A DNA stretch of 64,000 nt, from assembly GCA_964057225.1 (NCBI GenBank), contig OZ059896.1:2790001-2854000 (forward strand), in the 5' to 3' direction. The stretch is from Auanema rhodensis (lineage: Eukaryota; Animalia; Nematoda). The translations under genes were made by a program, and so were the position numbers. This document shows, in pieces, positions 13,001-27,300 of this stretch. The notes under the pieces are model-generated. The model was not told the origin of the DNA and searched no databases. It saw only the letters and a program-made list of their open reading frames with translations. Numbering within the stretch: the stretch's first letter is position 1; each line of letters starts with the position of its first letter.

Positions 13001-15124
13001 CACGTAAATTTCAAAGTCATGGTTACCATGAACCAATATCAATAAAAATTTGTTTTTAGACTAATATGGACATGGGGAATCTAATTTTGAAAACCGCATC
13101 TCTTTATCTTTCACGTGAAGCGAGTTACATATAAAGTGCACATCACGTGTACATTTAATTAGCATAAATTAAAGTTCACGTAAATTTCAAAGTCATGGTT
13201 ACCATGCACCAATATCAATAAAAATTTGTTTTTAGACTAATATGGACATGGGGAATCTAATTTTGAAAATCGCATCTCTTTATCTTTCACGTGAAGCGAG
13301 TTACATACCAAGTGCACATCACGTGTACATTTAATTAGCATAAATTAAAGTTCACGTAAATTTCAAAGTCATGGTTACCATGAACCAATATCAATAAAAA
13401 TTTGTTTTTAGACTAATATGGACATGGGGAATCTAATTTTGAAAACCGCATCTCTTTATCTTTCACGTGAAGCGAGTTACATATAAAGTGCACATCACGT
13501 GTACATTTAATTAGCATAAATTAAAGTTCACGTAAATTTCAAAGTCATGGTTACCATGCACCAATATTAATAAAAATTTGTTTTTAGATTAATATGGACA
13601 TGGGGAATCTAATTTTGAAAACCGCATCTCTTTATCTTTCACGTGAAGCGAGTTACATACCAAGTGCACATCACGTGTACACTTAATTAGCATAAATTAA
13701 AGTTCACGTAAATTTCAAAGTCATGGTTACCATGCACCAATATCAATAAAAATTTGTTTTTAGACTAATTTGAACATGGGGAATCTAATTTTGAAAACCG
13801 CATCTCTTTATCTTTCACGTGAAGCGAGTTACATACCAAGTGCACATCACGTGTACATTTAATTAGCATAAATTAAAGTTCACGTAAATTTCAAAGTCAT
13901 GGTTACCATGAACCAATATCAATAAAAACTCGTTTTTAGACTAATTTGGACATGGGGAATCTAATTTTGAAAACCGCATCTCTTTATCTTTCACGTGAAG
14001 CGAGTTACATACCAAGTGCACATCACGTGTACATTTAATTAGCATAAATTAAAGTTCACGTAAATTTCAAAGTCATGGTTACCATGCACCAATATCAATA
14101 AAAATTTGTTTTTAGACTAATTTGGACATGGGAAATCTAATTTTGAAAACCGCATCTCTTTATCTTTCACGTGAAGCGAGTTACATACCAAGTGCACATC
14201 ACGTGTACATTTAATTAGCATAAATTAAAGTTCACGTAAATTTCAAAGTCATGGTTACCATGAACCAATATCAATAAAAATTTGTTTTTAGACTAATATG
14301 GACATGGGGAATCTAATTTTGGAAACCGCATCTCTTTATTTTTCACGTGAAGCGAGTTACATACCAAGTGCACATCACGTGTACATTTAATTAGCATAAA
14401 TTAAAGTTCACGTAAATTTCAAAGTCATGGTTACCATGCACCAATATCAATAAAAATTTGTTTTTAGACTAATATGGACATGGGGAATCTAATTTTGAAA
14501 ATCGCATCTCTTTATCTTTCACGTGAAGCGAGTTACATACCAAGTGCACATCACGTGTACATTTAATTAGCATAAATTAAAGTTCACGTAAATTTCAAAG
14601 TCATGGTTACCATGAACCAATATCAATAAAAATTTGTTTTTAGACTAATATGGACATGGGGAATCTAATTTTGAAAACCGCATCTCTTTATCTTTCACGT
14701 GAAGCGAGTTACATATAAAGTGCACATCACGTGTACATTTAATTAGCATAAATTAAAGTTCACGTAAATTTCAAAGTCATGGTTACCATGCACCAATATT
14801 AATAAAAATTTGTTTTTAGATTAATATGGACATGGGGAATTTAATTTTGAAAACCGCATCTCTTTATCTTTCACGTGAAGCGAGTTACATACCAAGTGCA
14901 CATCACGTGTACACTTAATTAGCATAAATTAAAGTTCACGTAAATTTCAAAGTCATGGTTACCATGCACCAATATCAATAAAAATTGGTTTTTAGACTAA
15001 TATGGACATGGGGAATCTAATTTTGAAAACCGCATCTCTTTATCTTTCACGTGAAGCGAGTTACATACCAAGTGCACATCACGTGTACATTTAATTAGCA
15101 TAAATTAAAGTTCACGTAAATTTC

Positions 15125-17586
15125 AAAGTCATGGTTACCATGCACCAATATCAATAAAAATTCGTTTTTAGACTAATTTGGACATGGGGAATCTAATTTT
15201 GAAAACCGCATCTCTTTATCTTTCACGTGAAGCGAGTTACATACCAAGTGCACATCACGTGTACATTTAATTAGCATAAATTAAAGTTCACGTAAATTTC
15301 AAAGTCATGGTTACCATGAACCAATATCAATAAAAATTTGTTTTTAAACTAATATGGACATGGGGAATCTAATTTTGAAAACCGCATCTTTTTATCTTTC
15401 ACGTGAAGCGAGTTACATACCTAGTGCACATCACGTGTACATTTAATTAGCATAAATTAAAGTTCACGTAAATTTCAAAGTCATGGTTACCATGCACCAA
15501 TATCAATAAAAATTTGTTTTTAAACTAATATGGACATGGGGAATCTAATTTTGAAAACCGCATCTCTTTATCTTTCACGTGAAGCGAGTTACATACCTAG
15601 TGCACATCACGTGTACATTTAATTAGCATAAATTAAAGTTCACGTAAATTTCAAAGTCATGGTTACCATGAACCAATATCAATAAAAATTTGTTTTTAAA
15701 CTAATATGGACATGGGGAATCTAATTTTGAAAACCGCATCTCTTTATCTTTCACGTGAAGCGAGTTACATACCTAGTGCACATCACGTGTACATTTAATT
15801 AGCATAAATTAAAGTTCACGTAAATTTCAAAGACATGGTTACCATGAACCAATATCAATAAAAATTTGTTTTAAACTAATATGGACATGGGGAATCTAAT
15901 TTTGAAAACCGCATCTCTTTATCTTTCACGTGAAGCGAGTTACATACCTAGTGCACATCACGTGTACATTTAATTAGCATAAATTAAAGTTCACGTAAAT
16001 TTCAAAGTCATGGTTACCATGCACCAATATCAATAAAAATTTGTTTTTAAACTAATATGGACATGGGGAATCTAATTTTGAAAACCGTATCTCTTTATCT
16101 TTCACGTGAAGCGAGTTACATACCTAGTGCACATCACGTGTACATTTAATTAGCATAAATTAAAGTTCACGTAAATTTCAAAGTCATGGTTACCATGAAC
16201 CAATATCAATAAAAATTTGTTTTTAAACTAATATGGACATGAGGAATCTAATTTTGAAAACCGCATCTCTTTATCTTTCACGTGAAGCGAGTTACATACC
16301 TAGTGCACATCACGTGTACATTTAATTAGCATAAATTAAAGTTCACGTAAATTTCAAAGTCATGGCTACCATGCACCAATATCAATAAAAATTCGTTTTT
16401 AGACTAATTTGGACATGGGGAATCTAATTTTGAAAACCGCATCTCTTTATCTTTCACGTGAAGCGAGTTACATACCAAGTGCACATCACGTGTACATTTA
16501 ATTAGCATAAATTAAAGTTCACGTAAATTTCAAAGTCATGGTTACCATGAACCAATATCAATAAAAATTTGTTTTTAAACTAATATGGACATGGGGAATC
16601 TAATTTTGAAAACCGCATCTTTTTATCTTTCACGTGAAGCGAGTTACATACCTAGTGCACATCACGTGTACATTTAATTAGCATAAATTAAAGTTCACGT
16701 AAATTTCAAAGTCATGGTTACCATGCACCAATATCAATAAAAATTTGTTTTTAAACTAATATGGACATGGGGAATCTAATTTTGAAAACCGCATCTCTTT
16801 ATCTTTCACGTGAAGCGAGTTACATACCTAGTGCACATCACGTGTACATTTAATTAGCATAAATTAAAGTTCACGTAAATTTCAAAGTCATGGTTACCAT
16901 GAACCAATATCAATAAAAATTTGTTTTTAAACTAATATGGACATGGGGAATCTAATTTTGAAAACCGCATCTCTTTATCTTTCACGTGAAGCGAGTTACA
17001 TACCTAGTGCACATCACGTGTACATTTAATTAGCATAAATTAAAGTTCACGTAAATTTCAAAGACATGGTTACCATGAACCAATATCAATAAAAATTTGT
17101 TTTAAACTAATATGGACATGGGGAATCTAATTTTGAAAACCGCATCTCTTTATCTTTCACGTGAAGCGAGTTACATACCTAGTGCACATCACGTGTACAT
17201 TTAATTAGCATAAATTAAAGTTCACGTAAATTTCAAAGTCATGGTTACCATGCACCAATATCAATAAAAATTTGTTTTTAAACTAATATGGACATGGGGA
17301 ATCTAATTTTGAAAACCGTATCTCTTTATCTTTCACGTGAAGCGAGTTACATACCTAGTGCACATCACGTGTACATTTAATTAGCATAAATTAAAGTTCA
17401 CGTAAATTTCAAAGTCATGGTTACCATGAACCAATATCAATAAAAATTTGTTTTTAAACTAATATGGACATGAGGAATCTAATTTTGAAAACCGCATCTC
17501 TTTATCTTTCACGTGAAGCGAGTTACATACCTAGTGCACATCACGTGTACATTTAATTAGCATAAATTAAAGTTCACGTAAATTTC
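15125..17586. repeat. Tandem duplication of a 7-monomer block (15125-16355 / 16356-17586)
   Basis: 90T monomers at 15301/16532, 175-bp 5A monomers at 15829/17060 and 63A monomers at 16180/17411, all 1231 bp apart. Confidence 0.88.
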
Positions 17587-20402
17587 AAAGTCATGGTTAC
17601 CATGAACCAATATCAATAAAAATTTGTTTTTAGACTAATATGGACATGGGGAATCTAATTTTGAAAACCGCATCTCTTTATCTTTCACGTGAAGCGAGTT
17701 ACATATAAAGTGCACATCACGTGTACATTTAATTAGCATAAATTAAAGTTCACGTAAATTTCAAAGTCATGGTTACCATGCACCAATATCAATAAAAATT
17801 TGTTTTTAGACTAATATGGACATGGGGAATCTAATTTTGAAAATCGCATCTCTTTATCTTTCACGTGAAGCGAGTTACATACCAAGTGCACATCACGTGT
17901 ACATTTAATTAGCATAAATTAAAGTTCACGTAAATTTCAAAGTCATGGTTACCATGAACCAATATCAATAAAAATTTGTTTTTAGACTAATATGGACATG
18001 GGGAATCTAATTTTGAAAACCGCATCTCCTTATCTTTCACGTGAAGCGAGTTACATATAAAGTGCACATCACGTGTACATTTAATTAGCATAAATTAAAG
18101 TTCACGTAAATTTCAAAGTCATGGTTACCATGCACCAATATTAATAAAAATTTGTTTTTAGATTAATATGGACATGGGGAATCTAATTTTGAAAACCGCA
18201 TCTCTTTATCTTTCACGTGAAGCGAGTTACATACCAAGTGCACATCACGTGTACACTTAATTAGCATAAATTAAAGTTCACGTAAATTTCAAAGTCATGG
18301 TTACCATGCACCAATATCAATAAAAATTTGTTTTTAGACTAATTTGAACATGGGGAATCTAATTTTGAAAACCGCATCTCTTTATCTTTCACGTGAAGCG
18401 AGTTACATACCAAGTGCACATCACGTGTACATTTAATTAGCATAAATTAAAGTTCACGTAAATTTCAAAGTCATGGTTACCATGAACCAATATCAATAAA
18501 AATTTGTTTTTAGACTAATATGGACATGGGGAATCTAATTTTGAAAACCGCATCTCTTTATTTTTCACCTGAAGCGAGTTACATACCAAGTGCACATCAC
18601 GTGTACATTTAATTAGCATAAATTAAAGTTCACGTAAATTTCAAAGTCATGGTTACCATGCACCAATATCAATAAAAATTTGTTTTTAGACTAATATGGA
18701 CATGGGGAATCTAATTTTGAAAATCGCATCTCTTTATCTTTCACGTGAAGCGAGTTACATACCAAGTGCACATCACGTGTACATTTAATTAGCATAAATT
18801 AAAGTTCACGTAAATTTCAAAGTCATGGTTACCATGAACCAATATCAATAAAAATTTGTTTTTAGACTAATATGGACATGGGGAATCTAATTTTGAAAAC
18901 CGCATCTCTTTATCTTTCACGTGAAGCGAGTTACATATAAAGTGCACATCACGTGTACATTTAATTAGCATAAATTAAAGTTCACGTAAATTTCAAAGTC
19001 ATGGTTACCATGCACCAATATCAATAAAAATTTGTTTTTAGATTAATATGGACATGGGGAATCTAATTTTGAAAACCGCATCTCTTTATCTTTCACTTGA
19101 AGCGAGTTACATACCAAGTGCACATCACGTGTACACTTAATTAGCATAAATTAAAGTTCACGTAAATTTCAAAGTCATGGTTACCATGCACCAATATCAA
19201 TAAAAATTGGTTTTTAGACTAATATGGACATGGGGAATCTAATTTTGAAAACCGCATCTCTTTATCTTTCACGTGAAGCGAGTTACATACCAAGTGCACA
19301 TCACGTGTACATTTAATTAGCATAAATTAAAGTTCACGTAAATTTCAAAGTCATGGTTACCATGAACCAATATCAATAAAAATTTGTTTTTAGACTAATA
19401 TGGACATGGGAAATCTAATTTTGGAAACCGCATCTCTTTATTTTTCACGTGAAGCGAGTTACATACCAAGTGCACATCACGTGTACATTTAATTAGCATA
19501 AATTAAAGTTCACGTAAATTTCAAAGTCATGGTTACCATGCACCAATATTAATAAAAATTTGTTTTTAGATTAATATGGACATGGGGAATCTAATTTTGA
19601 AAACCGCATCTCTTTATCTTTCACGTGAAGCGAGTTACATACCAAGTGCACATCACGTGTACACTTAATTAGCATAAATTAAAGTTCACGTAAATTTCAA
19701 AGTCATGGTTACCATGCACCAATATCAATAAAAATTTGTTTTTAGACTAATTTGGACATGGGGAATCTAATTTTGAAAACCGCATCTCTTTATCTTTCAC
19801 GTGAAGCGAGTTACATACCAAGTGCACATCACGTGTACATTTAATTAGCATAAATTAAAGTTCACGTAAATTTCAAAGTCATGGTTACCATGAACCAATA
19901 TCAATAAAAATTTGTTTTTAGACTAATATGGACATGGGGAATCTAATTTTGGAAACCGCATCTCTTTATTTTTCACGTGAAGCGAGTTACATACCAAGTG
20001 CACATCACGTGTACACTTAATTAGCATAAATTAAAGTTCACGTAAATTTCAAAGTCATGGTTACCATGCACCAATATCAATAAAAATTTGTTTTTAGACT
20101 AATATGGACATGGGGAATCTAATTTTGAAAATCGCATCTCTTTATCTTTCACGTGAAGCGAGTTACATACCAAGTGCACATCACGTGTACATTTAATTAG
20201 CATAAATTAAAGTTCACGTAAATTTCAAAGTCATGGTTACCATGAACCAATATCAATAAAAATTTGTTTTTAGACTAATATGGACATGGGGAATCTAATT
20301 TTGAAAACCGCATCTCTTTATCTTTCACGTGAAGCGAGTTACATATAAAGTGCACATCACGTGTACATTTAATTAGCATAAATTAAAGTTCACGTAAATT
20401 TC

Positions 20403-23400
20403 AAAGTCATGGTTACCATGCACCAATATTAATAAAAATTTGTTTTTAGATTAATATGGACATGGGGAATTTAATTTTGAAAACCGCATCTCTTTATCTT
20501 TCACGTGAAGCGAGTTACATACCAAGTGCACATCACGTGTACACTTAATTAGCATAAATTAAAGTTCACGTAAATTTCAAAGTCATGGTTACCATGCACC
20601 AATATCAATAAAAATTGGTTTTTAGACTAATATGGACATGGGGAATCTAATTTTGAAAACCGCATCTCTTTATCTTTCACGTGAAGCGAGTTACATACCA
20701 AGTGCACATCACGTGTACATTTAATTAGCATAAATTAAAGTTCACGTAAATTTCAAAGTCATGGTTACCATGCACCAATATCAATAAAAATTCGTTTTTA
20801 GACTAATTTGGACATGGGGAATCTAATTTTGAAAACCGCATCTCTTTATCTTTCACGTGAAGCGAGTTACATACCAAGTGCACATCACGTGTACATTTAA
20901 TTAGCATAAATTAAAGTTCACGTAAATTTCAAAGTCATGGTTACCATGAACCAATATCAATAAAAATTGGTTTTTAAACTAATATGGACATGGGGAATCT
21001 AATTTTGAAAACCGCATCTTTTTATCTTTCACGTGAAGCGAGTTACATACCTAGTGCACATCACGTGTACATTTAATTAGCATAAATTAAAGTTCACGTA
21101 AATTTCAAAGTCATGGTTACCATGCACCAATATCAATAAAAATTTGTTTTTAAACTAATATGGACATGGGAAATCTAATTTTGAAAACCGCATCTCTTTA
21201 TCTTTCACGTGAAGCGAGTTACATACCTAGTGCACATCACGTGTACATTTAATTAGCATAAATTAAAGTTCACGTAAATTTCAAAGTCATGGTTACCATG
21301 AACCAATATCAATAAAAATTTGTTTTTAAACTAATATGGACATGGGGAATCTAATTTTGAAAACCGCATCTCTTTATCTTTCACGTGAAGCGAGTTACAT
21401 ATAAAGTGCACATCACGTGTACATTTAATTAGCATAAATTAAAGTTCACGTAAATTTCAAAGTCATGGTTACCATGCACCAATATCAATAAAAATTTGTT
21501 TTTAGACTAATATGGACATGGGGAATCTAATTTTGAAAATCGCATCTCTTTATCTTTCACGTGAAGCGAGTTACATACCAAGTGCACATCACGTGTACAT
21601 TTAATTAGCATAAATTAAAGTTCACGTAAATTTCAAAGTCATGGTTACCATGAACCAATATCAATAAAAATTTGTTTTTAGACTAATATGGACATGGGGA
21701 ATCTAATTTTGAAAACCGCATCTCTTTATCTTTCACGTGAAGCGAGTTACATATAAAGTGCACATCACGTGTACATTTAATTAGCATAAATTAAAGTTCA
21801 CGTAAATTTCAAAGTCATGGTTACCATGCACCAATATTAATAAAAATTTGTTTTTAGATTAATATGGACATGGGGAATCTAATTTTGAAAACCGCATCTC
21901 TTTATCTTTCACGTGAAGCGAGTTACATACCAAGTGCACATCACGTGTACACTTAATTAGCATAAATTAAAGTTCACGTAAATTTCAAAGTCATGGTTAC
22001 CATGCACCAATATCAATAAAAATTTGTTTTTAGACTAATTTGAACATGGGGAATCTAATTTTGAAAACCGCATCTCTTTATCTTTCACGTGAAGCGAGTT
22101 ACATACCAAGTGCACATCACGTGTACATTTAATTAGCATAAATTAAAGTTCACGTAAATTTCAAAGTCATGGTTACCATGAACCAATATCAATAAAAATT
22201 TGTTTTTAGACTAATATGGACATGGGGAATCTAATTTTGGAAACCGCATCTCTTTATTTTTCACGTGAAGCGAGTTACATACCAAGTGCACATCACGTGT
22301 ACATTTAATTAGCATAAATTAAAGTTCACGTAAATTTCAAAGTCATGGTTACCATGCACCAATATCAATAAAAATTTGTTTTTAGATTAATATGGACATG
22401 GGGAATTTAATTTTGAAAACCGCATCTCTTTATCTTTCACGTGAAGCGAGTTACATACCAAGTGCACATCACGTGTACACTTAATTAGCATAAATTAAAG
22501 TTCACGTAAATTTCAAAGTCATGGTTACCATGCACCAATATCAATAAAAATTGGTTTTTAGACTAATATGGACATGGGGAATCTAATTTTGAAAACCGCA
22601 TCTCTTTATCTTTCACGTGAAGCGAGTTACATACCAAGTGCACATCACGTGTACATTTAATTAGCATAAATTAAAGTTCACGTAAATTTCAAAGTCATGG
22701 TTACCATGCACCAATATCAATAAAAATTCGTTTTTAGACTAATTTGGACATGGGGAATCTAATTTTGAAAACCGCATCTCTTTATCTTTCACGTGAAGCG
22801 AGTTACATACCAAGTGCACATCACGTGTACATTTAATTAGCATAAATTAAAGTTCACGTAAATTTCAAAGTCATGGTTACCATGAACCAATATCAATAAA
22901 AATTGGTTTTTAAACTAATATGGACATGGGGAATCTAATTTTGAAAACCGCATCTTTTTATCTTTCACGTGAAGCGAGTTACATACCTAGTGCACATCAC
23001 GTGTACATTTAATTAGCATAAATTAAAGTTCACGTAAATTTCAAAGTCATGGTTACCATGCACCAATATCAATAAAAATTTGTTTTTAAACTAATATGGA
23101 CATGGGAAATCTAATTTTGAAAACCGCATCTCTTTATCTTTCACGTGAAGCGAGTTACATACCTAGTGCACATCACGTGTACATTTAATTAGCATAAATT
23201 AAAGTTCACGTAAATTTCAAAGTCATGGTTACCATGAACCAATATCAATAAAAATTTGTTTTTAAACTAATATGGACATGGGGAATCTAATTTTGAAAAC
23301 CGCATCTCTTTATCTTTCACGTGAAGCGAGTTACATATAAAGTGCACATCACGTGTACATTTAATTAGCATAAATTAAAGTTCACGTAAATTTCAAAGTC

Positions 23401-24300
23401 ATGGTTACCATGCACCAATATCAATAAAAATTTGTTTTTAGACTAATATGGACATGGGGAATCTAATTTTGAAAATCGCATCTCTTTATCTTTCACGTGA
23501 AGCGAGTTACATACCAAGTGCACATCACGTGTACATTTAATTAGCATAAATTAAAGTTCACGTAAATTTCAAAGTCATGGTTACCATGAACCAATATCAA
23601 TAAAAATTTGTTTTTAGACTAATATGGACATGGGGAATCTAATTTTGAAAACCGCATCTCTTTATCTTTCACGTGAAGCGAGTTACATATAAAGTGCACA
23701 TCACGTGTACATTTAATTAGCATAAATTAAAGTTCACGTAAATTTCAAAGTCATGGTTACCATGCACCAATATTAATAAAAATTTGTTTTTAGATTAATA
23801 TGGACATGGGGAATCTAATTTTGAAAACCGCATCTCTTTATCTTTCACGTGAAGCGAGTTACATACCAAGTGCACATCACGTGTACACTTAATTAGCATA
23901 AATTAAAGTTCACGTAAATTTCAAAGTCATGGTTACCATGCACCAATATCAATAAAAATTTGTTTTTAGACTAATTTGAACATGGGGAATCTAATTTTGA
24001 AAACCGCATCTCTTTATCTTTCACGTGAAGCGAGTTACATACCAAGTGCACATCACGTGTACATTTAATTAGCATAAATTAAAGTTCACGTAAATTTCAA
24101 AGTCATGGTTACCATGAACCAATATCAATAAAAATTTGTTTTTAGACTAATATGGACATGGGGAATCTAATTTTGGAAACCGCATCTCTTTATTTTTCAC
24201 GTGAAGCGAGTTACATACCAAGTGCACATCACGTGTACATTTAATTAGCATAAATTAAAGTTCACGTAAATTTCAAAGTCATGGTTACCATGCACCAATA
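20403..24300. repeat. Tandem duplication of an 11-monomer block (period 1936 bp)
   Basis: Shared rare monomers ATTGGTTTTTAAACT+90T (20931/22867), GGGAAATCT (21107/23043) and AAACT+TATAAAG (21283/23219). Confidence 0.9.
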
Positions 24301-27300
24301 TCAATAAAAATTTGTTTTTAGACTAATATGGACATGGGGAATCTAATTTTGAAAATCGCATCTCTTTATCTTTCACGTGAAGCGAGTTACATACCAAGTG
24401 CACATCACGTGTACATTTAATTAGCATAAATTAAAGTTCACGTAAATTTCAAAGTCATGGTTACCATGAACCAATATCAATAAAAATTTGTTTTTAGACT
24501 AATATGGACATGGGGAATCTAATTTTGAAAACCGCATCTCTTTATCTTTCACGTGAAGCGAGTTACATATAAAGTGCACATCACGTGTACATTTAATTAG
24601 CATAAATTAAAGTTCACGTAAATTTCAAAGTCATGGTTACCATGCACCAATATTAATAAAAATTTGTTTTTAGATTAATATGGACATGGGGAATCTAATT
24701 TTGAAAACCGCATCTCTTTATCTTTCACGTGAAGCGAGTTACATACCAAGTGCACATCACGTGTACACTTAATTAGCATAAATTAAAGTTCACGTAAATT
24801 TCAAAGTCATGGTTACCATGCACCAATATCAATAAAAATTGGTTTTTAGATTAATATGGACATGGGGAATCTAATTTTGAAAACCGCATCTCTTTATCTT
24901 TCACGTGAAGCGAGTTACATACCAAGTGCACATCACGTGTACACTTAATTAGCATAAATTAAAGTTCACGTAAATTTCAAAGTCATGGTTACCATGCACC
25001 AATATCAATAAAAATTGGTTTTTAGACTAATATGGACATGGGGAATCTAATTTTGAAAACCGCATCTCTTTATCTTTCACGTGAAGCGAGTTACATACCT
25101 AGTGCACATCACGTGTACATTTAATTAGCATAAATTAAAGTTCACGTAAATTTCAAAGACATGGTTACCATGAACCAATATCAATAAAAATTTGTTTTTA
25201 AACTAATATGGACATGGGGAATCTAATTTTGAAAACCGCATCTCTTTATCTTTCACGTGAAGCGAGTTACATATAAAGTGCACATCACGTGTACATTTAA
25301 TTAGCATAAATTAAAGTTCACGTAAATTTCAAAGTCATGGTTACCATGCACCAATATTAATAAAAATTTGTTTTTAGATTAATATGGACATGGGGAATCT
25401 AATTTTGAAAACCGCATCTCTTTATCTTTCACGTGAAGCGAGTTACATACCAAGTGCACATCACGTGTACACTTAATTAGCATAAATTAAAGTTCACGTA
25501 AATTTCAAAGTCATGGTTACCATGCACCAATATCAATAAAAATTGGTTTTTAGACTAATATGGACATGGGGAATCTAATTTTGAAAACCGCATCTCTTTA
25601 TCTTTCACGTGAAGCGAGTTACATACCTAGTGCACATCACGTGTACATTTAATTAGCATAAATTAAAGTTCACGTAAATTTCAAAGACATGGTTACCATG
25701 AACCAATATCAATAAAAATTTGTTTTTAAACTAATATGGACATGGGGAATCTAATTTTGAAAACCGCATCTCTTTATCTTTCACGTGAAGCGAGTTACAT
25801 ACCTAGTGCACATCACGTGTACATTTAATTAGCATAAATTAAAGTTCACGTAAATTTCAAAGTCATGGTTACCATGAACCAATATCAATAAAAATTTGTT
25901 TTTAAACTAATATGGACATGGGGAATCTAATTTTGAAAACCGCATCTCTTTATCTTTCACGTGAAGCGAGTTACATACCTAGTGCACATCACGTGTACAT
26001 TTAATTAGCATAAATTAAAGTTCACGTAAATTTCAAAGTCATGGTTACCATGCACCAATATTAATAAAAATTTGTTTTTAAACTAATATGGACATGGGGA
26101 ATCTAATTTTGAAAACCGCATCTCTTTATCTTTCACGTGAAGCGAGTTACATACGAAGTGCACATCACGTGTACACTTAATTAGCATAAATTAAAGTTCA
26201 CGTAAATTTCAAAGTCATGGTTACCATGCACCAATATCAATAAAAATTTGTTTTTAGACTAATATGGACATGGGGAATCTAATTTTGAAAATCGCATCTC
26301 TTTATCTTTCACGTGAAGCGAGTTACATACCAAGTGCACATCACGTGTACATTTAATTAGCATAAATTAAAGTTCACGTAAATTTCAAAGTCATGGTTAC
26401 CATGAACCAATATCAATAAAAATTTGTTTTTAGACTAATATGGACATGGGGAATCTAATTTTGAAAACCGCATCTCTTTATCTTTCACGTGAAGCGAGTT
26501 ACATATAAAGTGCACATCACGTGTACATTTAATTAGCATAAATTAAAGTTCACGTAAATTTCAAAGTCATGGTTACCATGCACCAATATTAATAAAAATT
26601 TGTTTTTAGATTAATATGGACATGGGGAATCTAATTTTGAAAACCGCATCTCTTTATCTTTCACGTGAAGCAAGTTACATACCAAGTGCACATCACGTGT
26701 ACACTTAATTAGCATAAATTAAAGTTCACGTAAATTTCAAAGTCATGGTTACCATGCACCAATATCAATAAAAATTGGTTTTTAGACTAATATGGACATG
26801 GGGAATCTAATTTTGAAAACCGCATCTCTTTATCTTTCACGTGAAGCGAGTTACATACCTAGTGCACATCACGTGTACATTTAATTAGCATAAATTAAAG
26901 TTCACGTAAATTTCAAAGACATGGTTACCATGAACCAATATCAATAAAAATTTGTTTTTAAACTAATATGGACATGGGGAATCTAATTTTGAAAACCGCA
27001 TCTCTTTATCTTTCACGTGAAGCGAGTTACATACCTAGTGCACATCACGTGTACATTTAATTAGCATAAATTAAAGTTCACGTAAATTTCAAAGTCATGG
27101 TTACCATGAACCAATATCAATAAAAATTTGTTTTTAAACTAATATGGACATGGGGAATCTAATTTTGAAAACCGCATCTCTTTATCTTTCACGTGAAGCG
27201 AGTTACATACCTAGTGCACATCACGTGTACATTTAATTAGCATAAATTAAAGTTCACGTAAATTTCAAAGTCATGGTTACCATGCACCAATATCAATAAA

